DNA of 64,000 bases from Dictyostelium discoideum (GCA_000004695.1 CM000153.2:1120001-1184000); one strand, 5' to 3'. Shown: positions 40,700 to 55,522, counted from the first letter of the stretch. The notes: generated by a model from the sequence alone, not told the origin. Translations and numbers: made by a program.

Positions 40700-43137
40700 A
40701 TGAATAAAGATAATAGTATTAATAAAAATAATGTAAACAATGATAATAATAATAATATCAATAATAATGTAATTAAAAAATTAAAAGAAGAAGTATCATT
40801 AAAGGTTAGATCATCAGTTGTAATAGTTTCATTGGAACAAGCTATTGAAGAGATAATATTTAATTCAATAGACGCAAGAGCAACAGTAATATCTATTTCA
40901 ATAAATTTATCGAATCTATCATTCGAGGTAAAAGATAATGGATTTGGATTGTCATATGAAAATTTAAAATTTGTTGGAGATCGTAATTGTACTTCAAAGA
41001 TCAACTCACTCTCTGATCTTAAATCATTAAAAACATTTGGATATCGTGGCGAATCATTAGCAAGTTTATCAAATATATCATCATTAGATATAATTTCAAA
41101 TTCATTTGGTTCAACCATTCAAAAATCAATTTCATTTGGCAAAGTTGACCAATTTAAAATTTTAGATAATAATAATAGTAGTAGTTGTGATAATAATAAT
41201 AATAATGTTAATAATAATAATATTAATAATAATAATAATAATTCAATAGCTAATGGCACAATTGTAAAGATTAGAGATTTATTTAAAAATTATCCTGTAA
41301 GAAGACAAGGTTTATATCATCCAAATTTAAAACTAATAATTAAAAAGAGAATTGAAATCATAGCTTTATCATTCCCAAAGATTGTATTCTCAGTTTATGA
41401 TGAAACAAAGAGTTTAACTATACTAAAAACACCAAAAGATACATCATTTCTTTCTTATTTCAAACATTTCTACGGTCAAGAGATGATGAATAAATTAGAA
41501 TACGTAACCTCTGAAAATTATAATAATACCACCAACAATAATAGTAGTTCTTACTATTTATCTGGTTATCTTTCTTCACCTCATAAAAAAGGTCATCCAA
41601 ATAAATCTTTTCAATATATTTGTAAGTTTTTTTTTTTTCTTGAACAATGAAAAAAAAAAAAAAAGAATTAATATTAATAATCAATTAATATATATATAAA
41701 AAGATTTAAATAATAGAATAGTTTTAAATACAAAATTACACAGACATGTTAATCAATTATATCAAAAGTATAGATTATTTAATGCAACCAGAAAAGCAAA
41801 CGCAAATGTATCAAAAATTGCAAAAAAAGAGGTGATTGATAGTAATCCAATATTCATACTATTTTTAAGATGCTCACAATTAGAATATGAACGTTCTTAT
41901 GAACCTTCTTCAAAAACATTTTTAGAATTTAATGATTGGAAGAAACCTTTGGCTGAAATTCAAAATGTTTTAACAAAATTTTTAACAAAACATAGATCTG
42001 ATGATGGTGGAAATTCAAGAGGTAAATCAATAACTACAACAGCACTACCATCATCTCAACCAAATAATTATGATGGAAAATCAACATCAACATCAACAAC
42101 AACAACAACAACAGCAGGTGATATTTCAATATTTGAAGATGATGATTTATCAAATGTTGTTCAAGACACCCAAGAAGATGATGGTGATGGCTTTGATATG
42201 GGATATAGCAGTAGTATCGATGAAGATGAAATAATGAGTTCTCAAAATGTTCGTGGTACAAGTGTTGACCAAGATAATAATATATATGAAAATGAAGATC
42301 ACCAAGGAATGCAAATTGGTTTTGATGATTTAGATAATAACCAAATCGATAGTAGTGAGGATGAGGAACATTTAAAAAGATTAAAAGAAATAGAAGAGGA
42401 AAAACAATACATTAATGATATTTTACCAGACTCTTTCTTTATGAATGATAAAAATGCAACAACAACTACCACAACAACAACAACAACAGGTACACCAACT
42501 AAAACAACAACAACTACAAATAATTCTATATCACCATTTAAAACAATCAAGAACATCTTCACAACAAACATCACCATTCAAATCTATAGTATCACCTTTA
42601 CAAATTTCTCCACCAAAAACAACTCTTTCGCAAAGTCAAATACAGAAATCATCACCTCTTAAACTATCAAATGTAAATAATCAAATAATTGACCAATCAC
42701 CACAATCTTCTTATGATGAATCAATAGAAGTTACACAACAACCATCTACTTTACCATTGTCTCCAATTCCTTCACCTCGTATTCATAGAAATATTCCACA
42801 CAATAAAAAAGATGATACTGCTTCCACATTACAAACAACAGATCCTTACGAGAGTTCGTCAAGGGATGTAACAGATTCTCGATCATCAGCGGATTCAGAT
42901 GCAACCATTTTAGATGATAGCCCACCTCCAAGACCACCAATATTCAATTTCCCACAAACTAAAAATTCAATACCCACAGATGAAAATCACTTTCATTCAA
43001 ACATAGAAGATCAAGAGGAAGAAAGAAGTGAAGATACAACCACAATGACTCCAACATCTAAATTAAACATATCATCCCAAACACCACCTACACTTCCACC
43101 AACTACCATTCCACATATCACAAATAACTCAACCCAA

Positions 43138-43214
<77 letters not shown>

Positions 43215-45945
43215 TAATAATAATGAAAATAAAGATTTGGTTCCATTTGTTAAAGTGGAACAAAATAATGATAAGCAATTAGCAATATATAAAAATGAAT
43301 CAGACGATGATGATGAGGAAGAAGATAATAATAATGATGATAAAGAAAAAAGAAAATACCAATTAAAAGTTTCAACATTTAGAGAAGTAATTGATGTCGA
43401 CCAAATGGATGTAACAACAATTACTACAACAACTACAACTATTAAAAGTGTAAAAACAGTTACTACAAAAACTTTATCACCATTTAGCAAGGCTGCACTG
43501 GCATCAGATGCTTTAAAAAAGAATCAATATAAGGTAAAGACAGAACATCCAATATTAATTAAAGAGGAAGATTATAAAGAATTAGACTCTTTGAAAAATA
43601 CCTCCAATAATGATCAACTAAATGATTCTTCATTATTTAGTAATTCATGTCTTGATATTGTTCCATTTGAAATTAGTGATGATGAAGCAGATGAAGACGA
43701 TGACAATTTAACAGGTTTAAATGGGCAAAAATTATTATTTTTAGAAGATGGTAAACCAACAAATAATGGTAATAGTAATAATACTCTTGCAGCAGCAGCA
43801 ACAACAACAACAACAACAACTACTACTACTACTACTACTTCACCTTTTCAAAGTAGTCCACCATCTTCACCATTATCACAACCAATTAAATCTATAATCT
43901 CTCAACAAACAACACCTCCAAAAAATGTAAGAAAAAATGATATTTTTGATGAAGATGAAAAATCAAACACATTATCATCACCAATTAAAAAGTTAAAGAC
44001 TGAAAATGACATTCAAAATAATATTGCTGACAGTAATGGTAATAAAAACAAAAACACTACAACCGATAATATTGAAATAATAGTTTTGGATGATAGTGAT
44101 GAAGATTTACCTCAAAATGAACAAACAACGTCAAAATATTTTAAATCAAATGAACAATTATCATCAACAGAGTCAACAAAATCAAAACTAAATCAAATTA
44201 TTTGTAAATTAGAAAAAGAATCGTCACAATCACAACAACTAACAATACCAATAACATCAACAACCTCAACCTCGGACTTAGCACCAACCTCAACCTCGAA
44301 CTCAGCATCAACCTCAACACCAACTATCCAAACTATAAAGACAACGTCAAACCCACTTACAATTCCTGAAATATCATTCTTGAGAAAACCAACGGCTAAT
44401 GAAGAAAAGAAATCTTTATTCAGTGATTCTGAATTATCAACCACTGAAAGTGAGGGATCCTATAATGAAGGTTTTATTTTGTCATCATCATCATCATTAT
44501 TAAAGAAAAGAGTTTTATTTAACATGGAAGGCAATCAATACTATTCACCACCTCAAATTCAAAATAACTCCTCCAGTGACCAAGATGAAGAGTATAATGC
44601 TAGTCTAACTTCACCACCACCATCACCAAAACAACAATACCAAAATCACTATGAACAAAATGAAAAAGGAAATCTTTTTATTAAAGAAGAAAAAGAAAAA
44701 GAAAAAGAAAAAGAAAAAGAAAAAGAAAAAGAAAAAGAAAAAGAATTAGAAAAAGAAAAAGAATTAGAAAAAGAATTAGAAAAAGAAAAAGAATTGGAAA
44801 AAGAAAAAGAATTAAAAAAGAAAAATGATGACGAGGTACAACAAGTACAAGAAAAAGAACATGATGACCATTGTTGTCCAACTCATAACATTGGTGATCA
44901 TTTAACACTTAGTGGTATTGGTAATATTAAAGAACATCAAGACGATGAATCTCTTGGAGATGATGATGAAGAAAAAGAATTTATTCATGATTCTGATTAT
45001 AGTAAAATTGAATTGGCGAAAAAATATAATTATACTGATGATAGAATTAGTCCATTCTTTGATAAAAGTATTAAACCTGGTGTTGAAATGAAAGATATCA
45101 ATATTAATGTTAGTGGTTTTATTAAAGAAGTTCTATCTCAAAAATGTACAGAGGTAATACCAAAGGAAATGTTACAAAACTTTAAATTTATCACTCAATG
45201 GGATAACAAGTTTTTAATTTGCGAAGCAGATGGTATTGTATTGATTTTAGATCAACATGCCGTTTCAGAAAGAATCAAATTGGAAATATTAGAAAGAAAG
45301 TATTTTGGTGAGAATAAATTCGACCTTTGTCCAATGCCAGAGAGAACAAGATGGTCATTAACAGAGTATGAATTGGAACTAATGAGAATCTATACAAAAC
45401 CATTGGAACAATGGGGATTCAAATGGACATTCAATAAAACTTCAATAAACATTTCACAAGTACCAATGTTTTGTTTAGTAGGTTTGGGTGTAAACGATCT
45501 CAGAGAATTTCTTTATCAATTAGAAAGTAGTAAAGGAGCAACTTCAAATAGACCTCCTGCTGCTCATAGAATTTTAGCTTCAAAAGCATGTAGAAGTATG
45601 TATCAATTTTAAAAATTAGTAGTATTAGTTTTATTGAATTTTTCAACACATTAATATTAACTTTTTTTTTTTTTTATAAAAACTAAAAAAAATAGCTGCA
45701 ATTAAATTTGGTAATAAACTTTCAAGAGAGATTTGTATAAAACTATTAGAAGATTTAAATGAATGTAATATTCCATTTCAGTGTGCTCAGTGAGTATTTC
45801 TTTTTTTATTTTATTTTGATTTTTATTTATTATCTCATTATAAATTTACTAATTATTATTAATTTTATTTTTTAGTGGAAGACCAAGTATAATCCCTTTA
45901 ATTAATTATGGTAAACTCTTTAGTTCAGTAAAAGGTTTATATTAA
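40700..45945 (+). CDS. mlh3: MutL homolog 3 (MLH3) mismatch-repair/meiotic endonuclease subunit; exons 40700..41633, 41703..~45595 (containing two frame disruptions), 45696..45789, 45876..45945
   Basis: N-terminal GHKL ATPase (LEQAIEEIIFNSIDARAT...VKDNGFGL...TSKI...TFGYRGESLASLS). YLNNRIVLNTKLHRHVNQL and ...YPIFILFLRCSQLEYERSYEPSSKTFLEFNDWKKPL are collinear with human MLH3 [21 protein letters not shown]...TLIEFQNWDTLL but sit in different frames. The C-terminal MutL dimerisation domain is in a third frame, followed by two short exons encoding ...ACR|TAIKFGNKL...NIPFQCAHGRPSIIPL (the MutL CxHGRP motif). Confidence 0.8.
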
Positions 45946-46069
45946 TTTTAAATTTTTTAATAAATAAATGTAAATTTAAAAAGTAAATTTTTTTTTTTTT
46001 TTTTTAATTTTTTAATTTATTTATTTATTTGTTTGGAAATTTGTAATTTCCCTAATTTAAGAGTGTATA

Positions 46070-46305
46070 TTAATAATTTGTTAAAGCAACTTGTTTTTGA
46101 AAAGAAGGATAAAAATTTTTCTTTGGATATTTGAGGGCAGAAGAGGTTGTTGTTGCTACTGCCCCAAAATCACCATTATCATTATTATTATTTTCATTAT
46201 CATTGTTAATATCATTATCATTATTTTCATTATTATTATTATTATTATTATTGTTATTATTATCCTCATCATTATTAATATTATTAATAATATTACTATT
46301 ATTAC

Positions 46306-46375
<70 letters not shown>

Positions 46376-46393
46376 AATATTATTAATATTATT

Positions 46394-46424
<31 letters not shown>

Positions 46425-47758
46425 TTGATATTATTATTATTATTATTTGTGTTTGTATTATTTAGAAAATAATTATTATTATTATTAATATTATTTAATT
46501 CCAATTTTTTAAAAGTTTTTATTGTTTCGTTAAATGTTGAAGAGGTTAGCTTTTGTTGATCCTTTTTTGGATCTTTATTTTCTTTAATTTGTACAGTTTT
46601 ATTGTTATTATTATTATTATAATTATAATTATTAATATCGAAGTTTTTTGGAGGTTGAACTTGTTGAGTTGGATACCAATAGTTTCCATGAGGATTAACA
46701 TTTCCTAATCCCATTACGTTTGTTGAATTATTTTCATAAAATTCTTTCATCATTTCAATATCGGTTAATTTTAATTCATACTCTTTGGCATTTGTATTGG
46801 ATCTACAATATAATTTATCAAATAATACTTTTCTGAACTATAATTTTTAAATAAAAAAAAAAAGAAAATTATTTATTATTAATATAAATATATATTTCAA
46901 ATTATTATTACTATTTATTATTTATTATTTATTATTTACATTAATTTTTGAGAAATAACTGTGTGGTGAAATTGTATAATATAAATCCTCATTTCCTTTG
47001 TCAGAAATATAAATTGGTCTACCATCAGTTGAGAATCTATCAAAACCTAAATAAAAACTAACTTGATCGACATCTACACCATAGTATTTTTTTATTAATT
47101 GATTTTTAGTTGGTCTATAATTATATTTTTCAAAAAAGTCTATTGAATTTTCAATGATTGTTTGTGATGGCTCTTGAATTGTTGTTCCAAATAAAATGGT
47201 GTGGGATATGTTATCTTTAGTTAATTCCATTATTTTATTGAAAGTTTCAAGTAGAATTGGATCATTACCACGTTCTAATAATTTTATATATTCTCCATAG
47301 AATATTACACGAATACCACATTCTTTGTATAATTTTACCAATGTTTCATTTTCAAGTAATGCCTTTAATCCACTTAAATATTTAATAAACTTTGGTAAAT
47401 ATTCTGGCCCACGATCTTCAAGTGTGCAAAACCACATTGGATAAACTATTGTCTTTATACCATGTTTAAACATCATAACCAAATCAAATAATAATTTTGA
47501 AATTGCCGTTTTACAATAATCATCATAATCAATTGTAGTTTTTTCATCTTTTCCAGTAAATTTGCATTTATTATTATGAATTCCATTAGTTTGTAATTTA
47601 GAAATTGTATTTTCAATTAAGTAAGATCTTCTTGTACCATCATATGCATAAACCATAGTATTGCAATTATTTAATCTTGAGTTTATAATTTTACTAATCT
47701 CATTATCTGTTAATTTATTAAATTCTTGAAAATTACTATAATGGGATATTGGTGTCAT
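46070..47758 (-). CDS. divergent cis-prenyltransferase (UPP-synthase)-fold-like protein with long poly-Asn tail, paralog A, 2 exons (46940..47758, 46070..46837)
   Basis: Ordered weak matches to cis-prenyltransferase motifs: MVYAYDGTRRSY (cf. IIMDGNRRWA), IVYPMWFCTLEDRGPEYLP (cf. LYAFSSENWNRP), IRVIFYGEY (cf. VRLRIIGD), FYLGFDRFSTDGRP. Exon 1 ends AAT|GTAAAT; exon 2 begins FRKVLFDKLY... Family assignment is tentative. Confidence 0.5.
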
Positions 47759-48357
47759 GATTTATATATAATTATTTTATAATTATTATTATTTATTATT
47801 TATTATTATTATTTTACTTCCTTGTTGTTAAAAATTGTTAATTTTTTTTTTTTTTTTTATATTTATTATTTTAAATACTTTTTAATTTGAAAATTATTAT
47901 AATTTAAATTATTATTTAAAAAATTTAATATTTATTAAAACAAATGATTTGATCAAGATTTATTGAAAAAAAAAAAAAATTATAAATAAATAAATTTTAA
48001 AACAAAAAATAAAAATAAAACAAAATTTAAAAAAATATAAATAAATTTTAAATAATACACGTGGGTGTAAAATAAAATAAAATAAAAAAATAAAATTTAA
48101 AATGAAATAAAAAAATTTTAAGAAGAATCTATAACAAGAGTATGTAGGAAGTATATTTTAATATTAAAAAATGTGGGAAGGGTGATATACTTGAGAAATT
48201 AAAAATTATGATAATTTAATTATTTAAAATTTATTATAAAAAAATAAAATAAATGTTTTTATAACCTTTGTGATGATAATACTGATAAATCAAAGATATA
48301 ATTAAAGATTGATCTAATCGATTATTATAAAATATATATACGAGGTTTATATTTTTT

Positions 48358-48388
<31 letters not shown>

Positions 48389-48540
48389 TTTTAAAAAAAA
48401 AATAATAAAAATAAAAAGAAAATATGAAATGATTGTATTTGAGTGATGATAAAAAAAAAAATTAAAGTTAACAATTGTTTTAACTAAAAAAAAAAATAAA
48501 AAATAAAAAAAATAAAAATTTTAAAATAGAATAAAAATAG

Positions 48541-48576
<36 letters not shown>

Positions 48577-50093
48577 ATTAAAATTTAGGGAAAAAATTTA
48601 TGGTTTGAAAAAAATTATATGTTTGTTTTTAATTTTTTAAATTTGGATAATAAAAATCAAATAAAATTGAAAATAATATTTTTGGTTTGAACAAATTGTT
48701 ATAGATTATTGCTCTACACAATTAATAAATAATTTACAAAATTATTTATTTAAAACCTTTAAATTTACAAATAACTATATACGAAAAAAAAAAATTAAAT
48801 AAAAAAATAATAAAAAAAAAATGAAATAATTAAAAATTTTAATATTAAAATAAGAGAAAAAAAAAAAGTATTAAGTAATACTCAAAATAGCAACATAAAA
48901 AATAATAAAAATAATAATAATAATAAAAAAAAAAAAAAAAAAAAAAAAATCGTCAAAATAACAAACATACCAATAATTCCAACCACATAAAAAATATTAT
49001 AATTTAACAATACTATAAATATAATTATCCATTCATTATAATTATCATTATTTAAATTTTTAATTATCAACTCTTCAATTCACACAAATTAATAGTATTC
49101 ACCACCCTTTTTGGAATCCTCATTAGATTTTTATTCTATAAATTTTAATGAACAAAAATGAGAGAAGAATTTTATTATTTAAAAAAAAAATAAAATAAAA
49201 TAAAAAAAAATTAAATAAAAAAAAAAATAAAAAAAAAAAAACAATCAACTACAAATTCATCAACGATTTTTTAAAGTATATGTGTGAAAATTAATTTTTA
49301 AAAATCATTTAAGTATAAGAGGGTATAAGTTTAATTATTTATATGAGAGAGTTTATGAATAATCTGTTAAAAGATTTATAAATATTTTTTTTTTTTTTTT
49401 TTTTTTGTTTGTGTTAATAAAGGTGTTGTTTTTACTTGTATTTTTTTTGGGGGGGTAGTTAAGTGGTATTCAGTAATATTTTTTTGGAAAATTAACGGAG
49501 ATAATATGTTGATTTATCGAATACAATCTTTTGAACATTTATGTGTTAAAAGTTAACCCTAAAATGGAATATTTTAAAATGAAAAAATATTAAAAGTAGG
49601 ATAAATTGTGGAAAGTATTTATTTTGATAAATAGTTGTAAGGTTTTATTATACCTTTATCATCATATGTATCATCATTTTCTAATTTGTGGATTTTTAAT
49701 ATTAACAACATATTTTTTTAAAAAGGGTGAAAAAAAAAAATAAAAAATAAAAAATAAAAACAATTTGGCAGTTGTAATTTAATTATTTTACAAATATAAA
49801 ATAACAATAACAAGAAAAAAAAAAGAAAAAAAAAAAGAAAAAAAAAGAAAAAGATACATTAACATCAACATCAACATTAGGAAAAAATACATACATGTAT
49901 AGGTATATATTTAAATACACACACTTATTCAAAATTAGAAATTTTAACCATTTGCGCTCTAATCATATTTTTTTTCATGTTTCCATTTTAAATCATTACT
50001 AATTATTGAAAATCTACATTTAGAATTGAATGGGTATCAAAGGGTTTAAATTATTTTTTGTATTATAATTTTAATTCTTTAAATATAAATAAA

Positions 50094-50129
<36 letters not shown>

Positions 50130-50816
50130 GTGAACAAACTATTACACCATTGAATAATCATATTATTTAAAATTCATTAGTTATGGTGATTGGTAAATTA
50201 TCATAAACAAAACGATTAGTTGTATTCTCGCAATTCTTTCAAATTCCAACATTTCTATTTTAATAATTATTTTCAAATGAATTTTAAGTGGTGTTTTATG
50301 AGAAAAAAATAAATAATATTCTAATGGTAAATAATCATTTTTAAATATATTGGTGGTTAAAAGATTTATTTAATTTTTGTCTTGTGTTGTTTATTATTTG
50401 AATTTGGTTTTTTTTTTTTTTTTATTTTTTTTTTATTTTTTTATAATTATTTGTTTATAATTATTTGTTTTATAAATATTATTTTTTGATTGGGTAAATG
50501 TTTGACTTGTAAAATTAAGTTTGAAAAAAAAATAAAATAAAATAAAATAAAATTATTTTTTATATTTAATGAATGTGTTTATTTGAATTTGAAAAGTCAA
50601 AAAACTAAAAAAAAATAAAAAAAAATTATCTTTTGGAAAGTGTTTCTATTTTTAGAATAAATGCACAGTAATTTTTTAACAGATAAAAAAAAAAAAAAAA
50701 AAAAATCATTTTTTTTTTTTATTCATATTTGTATTTTTTTATTTTTTTATTTTATTTTTTATTTATTTAAAATTATAAAAAATATATTTTATATTATACA
50801 TTAAAAAAATCAATTA

Positions 50817-50843
<27 letters not shown>

Positions 50844-50849
<6 letters not shown>

Positions 50850-50989
50850 AAATTTGTCAAGGTATCTTGGTGATGATGGTGATCCCATTGAAATGTTTTG
50901 TTTAATTGTTAATGTTTGACAATATTGATATTGATTTTCTTCATTTATAAATGAATTATGTTGTTTACATCCCATTAAATTATTATTAC

Positions 50990-51046
<57 letters not shown>

Positions 51047-52176
51047 TACCATTATTATTACTACCATTATTACTATTATTACCATTATTACTATTACTAT
51101 TATTGTTATTATTATTATTTAAATTTGAATTAATATCAAGTTGTTTGAAGAGTTTAAATGCTTCATTTGTTGGTGATGATAAAACTATAGTTTGATTATC
51201 ATCATAATTTGGTTTTTCTATTGATTTTTGAGGTAATTCAACTTGAGGGCTAGGATGCCAATAATTTCCATTTGGGTTTACATTACCAATACCCATTATA
51301 TTATTTGAATTATTTTCATAAAATTTTTTCATCATTTCAATATCATTAACTTTTAATTCATATTCTTTAGCATTTGTTATAGTTCTTTGATAAATATGAT
51401 CATATAAAACTTTTCTAAACTAAAACATTATTTAAGTTAATATTATTAGGGAATTGAATATAATTTAATTAAATTAAAAAAAAAATAAAAAAAAAATAAA
51501 AAAAAAAACATACTCCATTAGTTGATAAGAAAGAATGTGGTGAAACTGTATAATATAAATCTTCTGCACCTTTATCAGATATTAAAATTGGTCTTCCATC
51601 TGTGGAAAATCTATCAAATCCTAAATAAAATGATACATCATCAATTTGGGTATTAACACCATAATAATGTTGAATTAAATCATTTTTAGTTGGTTCTGAG
51701 GAAAAAAAAAAAAAAAAAAAGGGAGAAAGGGGGGAAGGGGTTAGAAGTTGATCGAAAAACAAAATTTTCAAATAAAAAAAATTAAATATTAAAAAATGAA
51801 AAACATACCCCTTCCAAATTTTTTATAAAATGATAATGTATTATTAATTATAGTTTGAGATGGTTCTTCGATATTAGTACCTAATAATAATATTTTATTT
51901 GAATTATTTTTTGTTTTATCCATAATCTCTTCGAATTTTGATAAAAGTTCATTATCATTACCACGTTCTAATAATTTTTTATATTCACCATAAAATATAA
52001 TTCTAACCCCATTCTCTTGAAATAATTTAAAAAAATCATAATTTGGATCTAACAACTTTGATAAACCCCATAAATATTGAATAAACTTTGGCAAATATTC
52101 TGGCCCACGTTTTTCTAATGTACAAAACCACATTGGGTAAACAATATTTTTAATTCCATGCTAAAAAAAAAAAAAA

Positions 52177-52216
<40 letters not shown>

Positions 52217-52651
52217 TAATTAATTATAAATAAATAATAAAATAAAATGGAAATTAAGTAATTAAAAACTTACTTGGAACATCATAATTGATAAATATAA
52301 AAAATTATGAACTGCGGTCTTACTATATTCATTGTAATCAATTTTAATTTCTGTATTTTTATTATTATTAATATTATTATTATTACTATTATTATTATTA
52401 TTTGAAATATTATTTGAATTATTATTTAAATTATTATAATTGGCAGAATTTGAAGTATTGGCAGATGTAGCCAATGGAGAATTACAAACTTTTAAATTTT
52501 TTAAACCTTGAGAAATGAGATAAGATCTTCTAGTACCATCGTAGGCAAAAACCATTGTTGAATTTTCACCTTTTAAAGAGGTATATAATTTTGAAATTTC
52601 ATCATTTGAAAGTTTATAAAAATTTTCTTCTAAAATATTATTATTGGTCAT
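50844..52651 (-). CDS. paralog B of the 46-47 kb gene, 4 exons (52274..52651, 51809..52160, 51514..51695, 50844..51419)
   Basis: Collinear with paralog A: MVFAYDGTRRSYL, HGIKNIVYPMWFCTLEKRGPEYLPKF, VRIIFYGEY, VSFYLGFDRFSTDGRPILISDKGAEDLYYTVSPHSF, FRKVLYDHIYQ..., poly-N/S tail. It has two extra introns that paralog A lacks. Confidence 0.5.
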
Positions 52652-53251
52652 TTTTAAAAAAAGTAAAGTTGGAAAAAAAAAAAAAATAAAAAAATAAAAA
52701 ATATATAAAAAAAATTAATTTTTAAAAACGATTTGTTTAATTTTTGATGTCTTTTGAAATAATCTGATTGTGTTATTGTTAATTTTATTTTTATTATAAA
52801 CAACAAAAAAAAAAAAGTTTTCTTTTATTTTAATTTTTTGTTTTTTTTTTTTTTTGTTTTTTTTTTTTATTTTTTTATTTTGTATATTTTTTATTATTAT
52901 TTTATAATACTATTAAAAAAAAAAAAACTCTAAAAAAAATAAAAAATTTTATATCTTTTTAATAAATGATTTTTGAGTTTTAAATGAATGAAAATAAAAT
53001 GTTAAATAAAAAGAGTTCTGTATAATCCAATTTATACTAAAAGATCTCTGCGAGAGATTGGGAAAAAAAAAAAAATAAAAAAAAAAATAAAAAAAAAAAT
53101 AAAAAATAAAAAATAAAAAATAAAAAATAAAATAATATAAAATAAATTGTTAATATCACAATGCCAATAAAAAAGTGATTTTTGTTAGATTATAAAAATT
53201 AAACTTTACCAATATTAATAGTATGGTGTATATAATTATAATAATTATTAT

Positions 53252-53284
<33 letters not shown>

Positions 53285-54587
53285 CTTTACCCCTTAAAAA
53301 ATAAATCGTGAATTCAACTTGGTACCTGTTTTCAATAAAAAAATTTTCTAGCTATTTACTCCCTTACACCTCATCAAGAAATAAAATTATTGGTTTTTTA
53401 AAGGATAATTATTTTTTTTTAAAAAAAAAAATAAAAAAAAAAAAAAAATCTCAACCTAATATTTTTGACTAATATTATTTTGTGGTTTGACAATTTAAAC
53501 CACACACCAAAATTAAATTTAGACGTAATAACATATGAGCCCTACTTTATTTCATAATTTTATTTTTATCTTTTGGAAGATATTCACAAATTTATTTAAT
53601 TAAAAAAAAATAAAAAAATAAAAAAAACAATTAAAAATATAAACCAATAAAAAAAATGTTTGACCTTAAATGTTTGTGGTGTTAATTCGGATTTTTTTTG
53701 TGATTATCTTTTTTTTTTTTTTTTTTAAAAATTAAAAAAACAAAAAAAAAAAAAAAAATTAAAAAACAATTATAATACACACTGCACAAAATTAAAAAGA
53801 GTTAAACAAAAAAAAAAAACCAACCTAAAGGTAAGAACGAATCTTTATCAATACAACCAAAATATTTCAATAGATCATAAATTTTATTTTAATTTTTTTT
53901 TTAAATATTAAAAAAATGATAATTGTAGAAATTTAATATAATTTTAGAGAGCAACTCGTGAGGTTTACTCAAATTTACAAACTTTAACTTGGAAAAAAAA
54001 TAATAAAAAAAATAATAATAAAAAAAATTGTAATTTAAAATTAAAAGAGTTTAATATAAACGATAATTAATTAATGTGATTGAATTTTTTTTTTTTTACA
54101 AATAAAAAAAATAAAATAAAAAATCAATAATTGTAGTGGTGGCTCATTTTTAATCAGACTTCCTCATTGTTGTGTTTATTTGTGGCTACCACAAAACTAG
54201 ATTTTTTTTTTTTTTTTTGATTTTATTTTAACGATTAAATCGCTTCAAATAAAATTTAAGTAAAATAAAAGGGAAAAAAAAAAAAAATCAATCCTGTCTC
54301 AAAATGATTAAATCACAATCTTTTTTTTTCTTTGATTTAAAATGGACTTTATAAAAATAGCCCACGGTTTGTAGAGAAAAAAAAATAAAAAAAAAATAAA
54401 AAAAATAAAAAAAAATTTTATTATAATAATCAATTTCATCTTTAATATTTATTCATTTTAATTAATTATTGTCATCAATATTATTATTATTATTTTTTTT
54501 TTTTTTTTTTTTTTTTTTATTTTATTTTATTTTATTTTTTATTTTATTTTATTTTATTTTTTTTTTTTTTTTTTATTTTATTTTATT

Positions 54588-54619
<32 letters not shown>

Positions 54620-54976
54620 ATTTTATTTTATTATATTTTTAAAAATATCTATCTACGATTACTATTTTCTGTTATTATTATTTATTATCAATTTTTAAAA
54701 AAAAAAAAAAAAAAAAAAAATTGGAACTCAATTTTTTTTTTTTTTTTCCGAAACCTGGTAAGAAAATAAGACAATTATTATTATTATTATTATTTTTAAA
54801 AGTTTTTTTTTTTTATTTTATTTTTTTTTATACACTATATATTTAGTAATATTACCAAACAAACCATGATTGATTATGATTAAATTATTTGTTTTTTTTT
54901 TTTTTTTTTTTTTTTTGTTTGTTTTCTTTTTTTTTTTTTTCAACAAATTTTAATTATATTAATTATTGAAAACCAC

Positions 54977-55314
54977 TTATTTATCTAAGCCATATTTAGC
55001 TCTGTAAATTGCTTGTCTGTCGCCCATTTGAAGTCTCCATTTTTTCTCATCTGGAGTGATATTTGGGTCACCACCATATTCTAAATATAAATTGTTAAAT
55101 GGTAAATCTCTTTCAGTCTAAAAACGATAATAAGGAATTATTTGAAAAAAGAAAAAAAAAAAAAAAAAAGAAGTAAAAAACCACAATAAGTTGTATTTTG
55201 AATAATGAAAAATGAATAAAAAAAAAAAAGTGTCAGTATATTTATCTATTGTAGCTATATAATAAATATGCTGATATAAAATCGTCATGTGGTAATTGTT
55301 GGTAAAATAAAAAA

Positions 55315-55387
<73 letters not shown>

Positions 55388-55477
55388 TGATTGTTTTATA
55401 AAATGTACACTATTTGATGAAATCGAGATGACAAGAAAATTATTAACACAACATTTTAAATCTATTTGTTGTGGTTA

Positions 55478-55522
<45 letters not shown>

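Noticed and set aside
42489-42578. Candidate 90-nt intron (GTACAC...tatag) that would join the two MLH3 frames
   Set aside because: It fixes the phase, but its AT content is about 70% and its donor is atypical for this genome. Slippage or indel in the ACA/CAA repeat is considered at least as likely. Both possibilities are reported under the MLH3 finding.
46091-46472. Poly-I/poly-L ORFs on the plus strand
   Set aside because: They are the antisense of the poly-Asn tail of cis-prenyltransferase-like paralog A.
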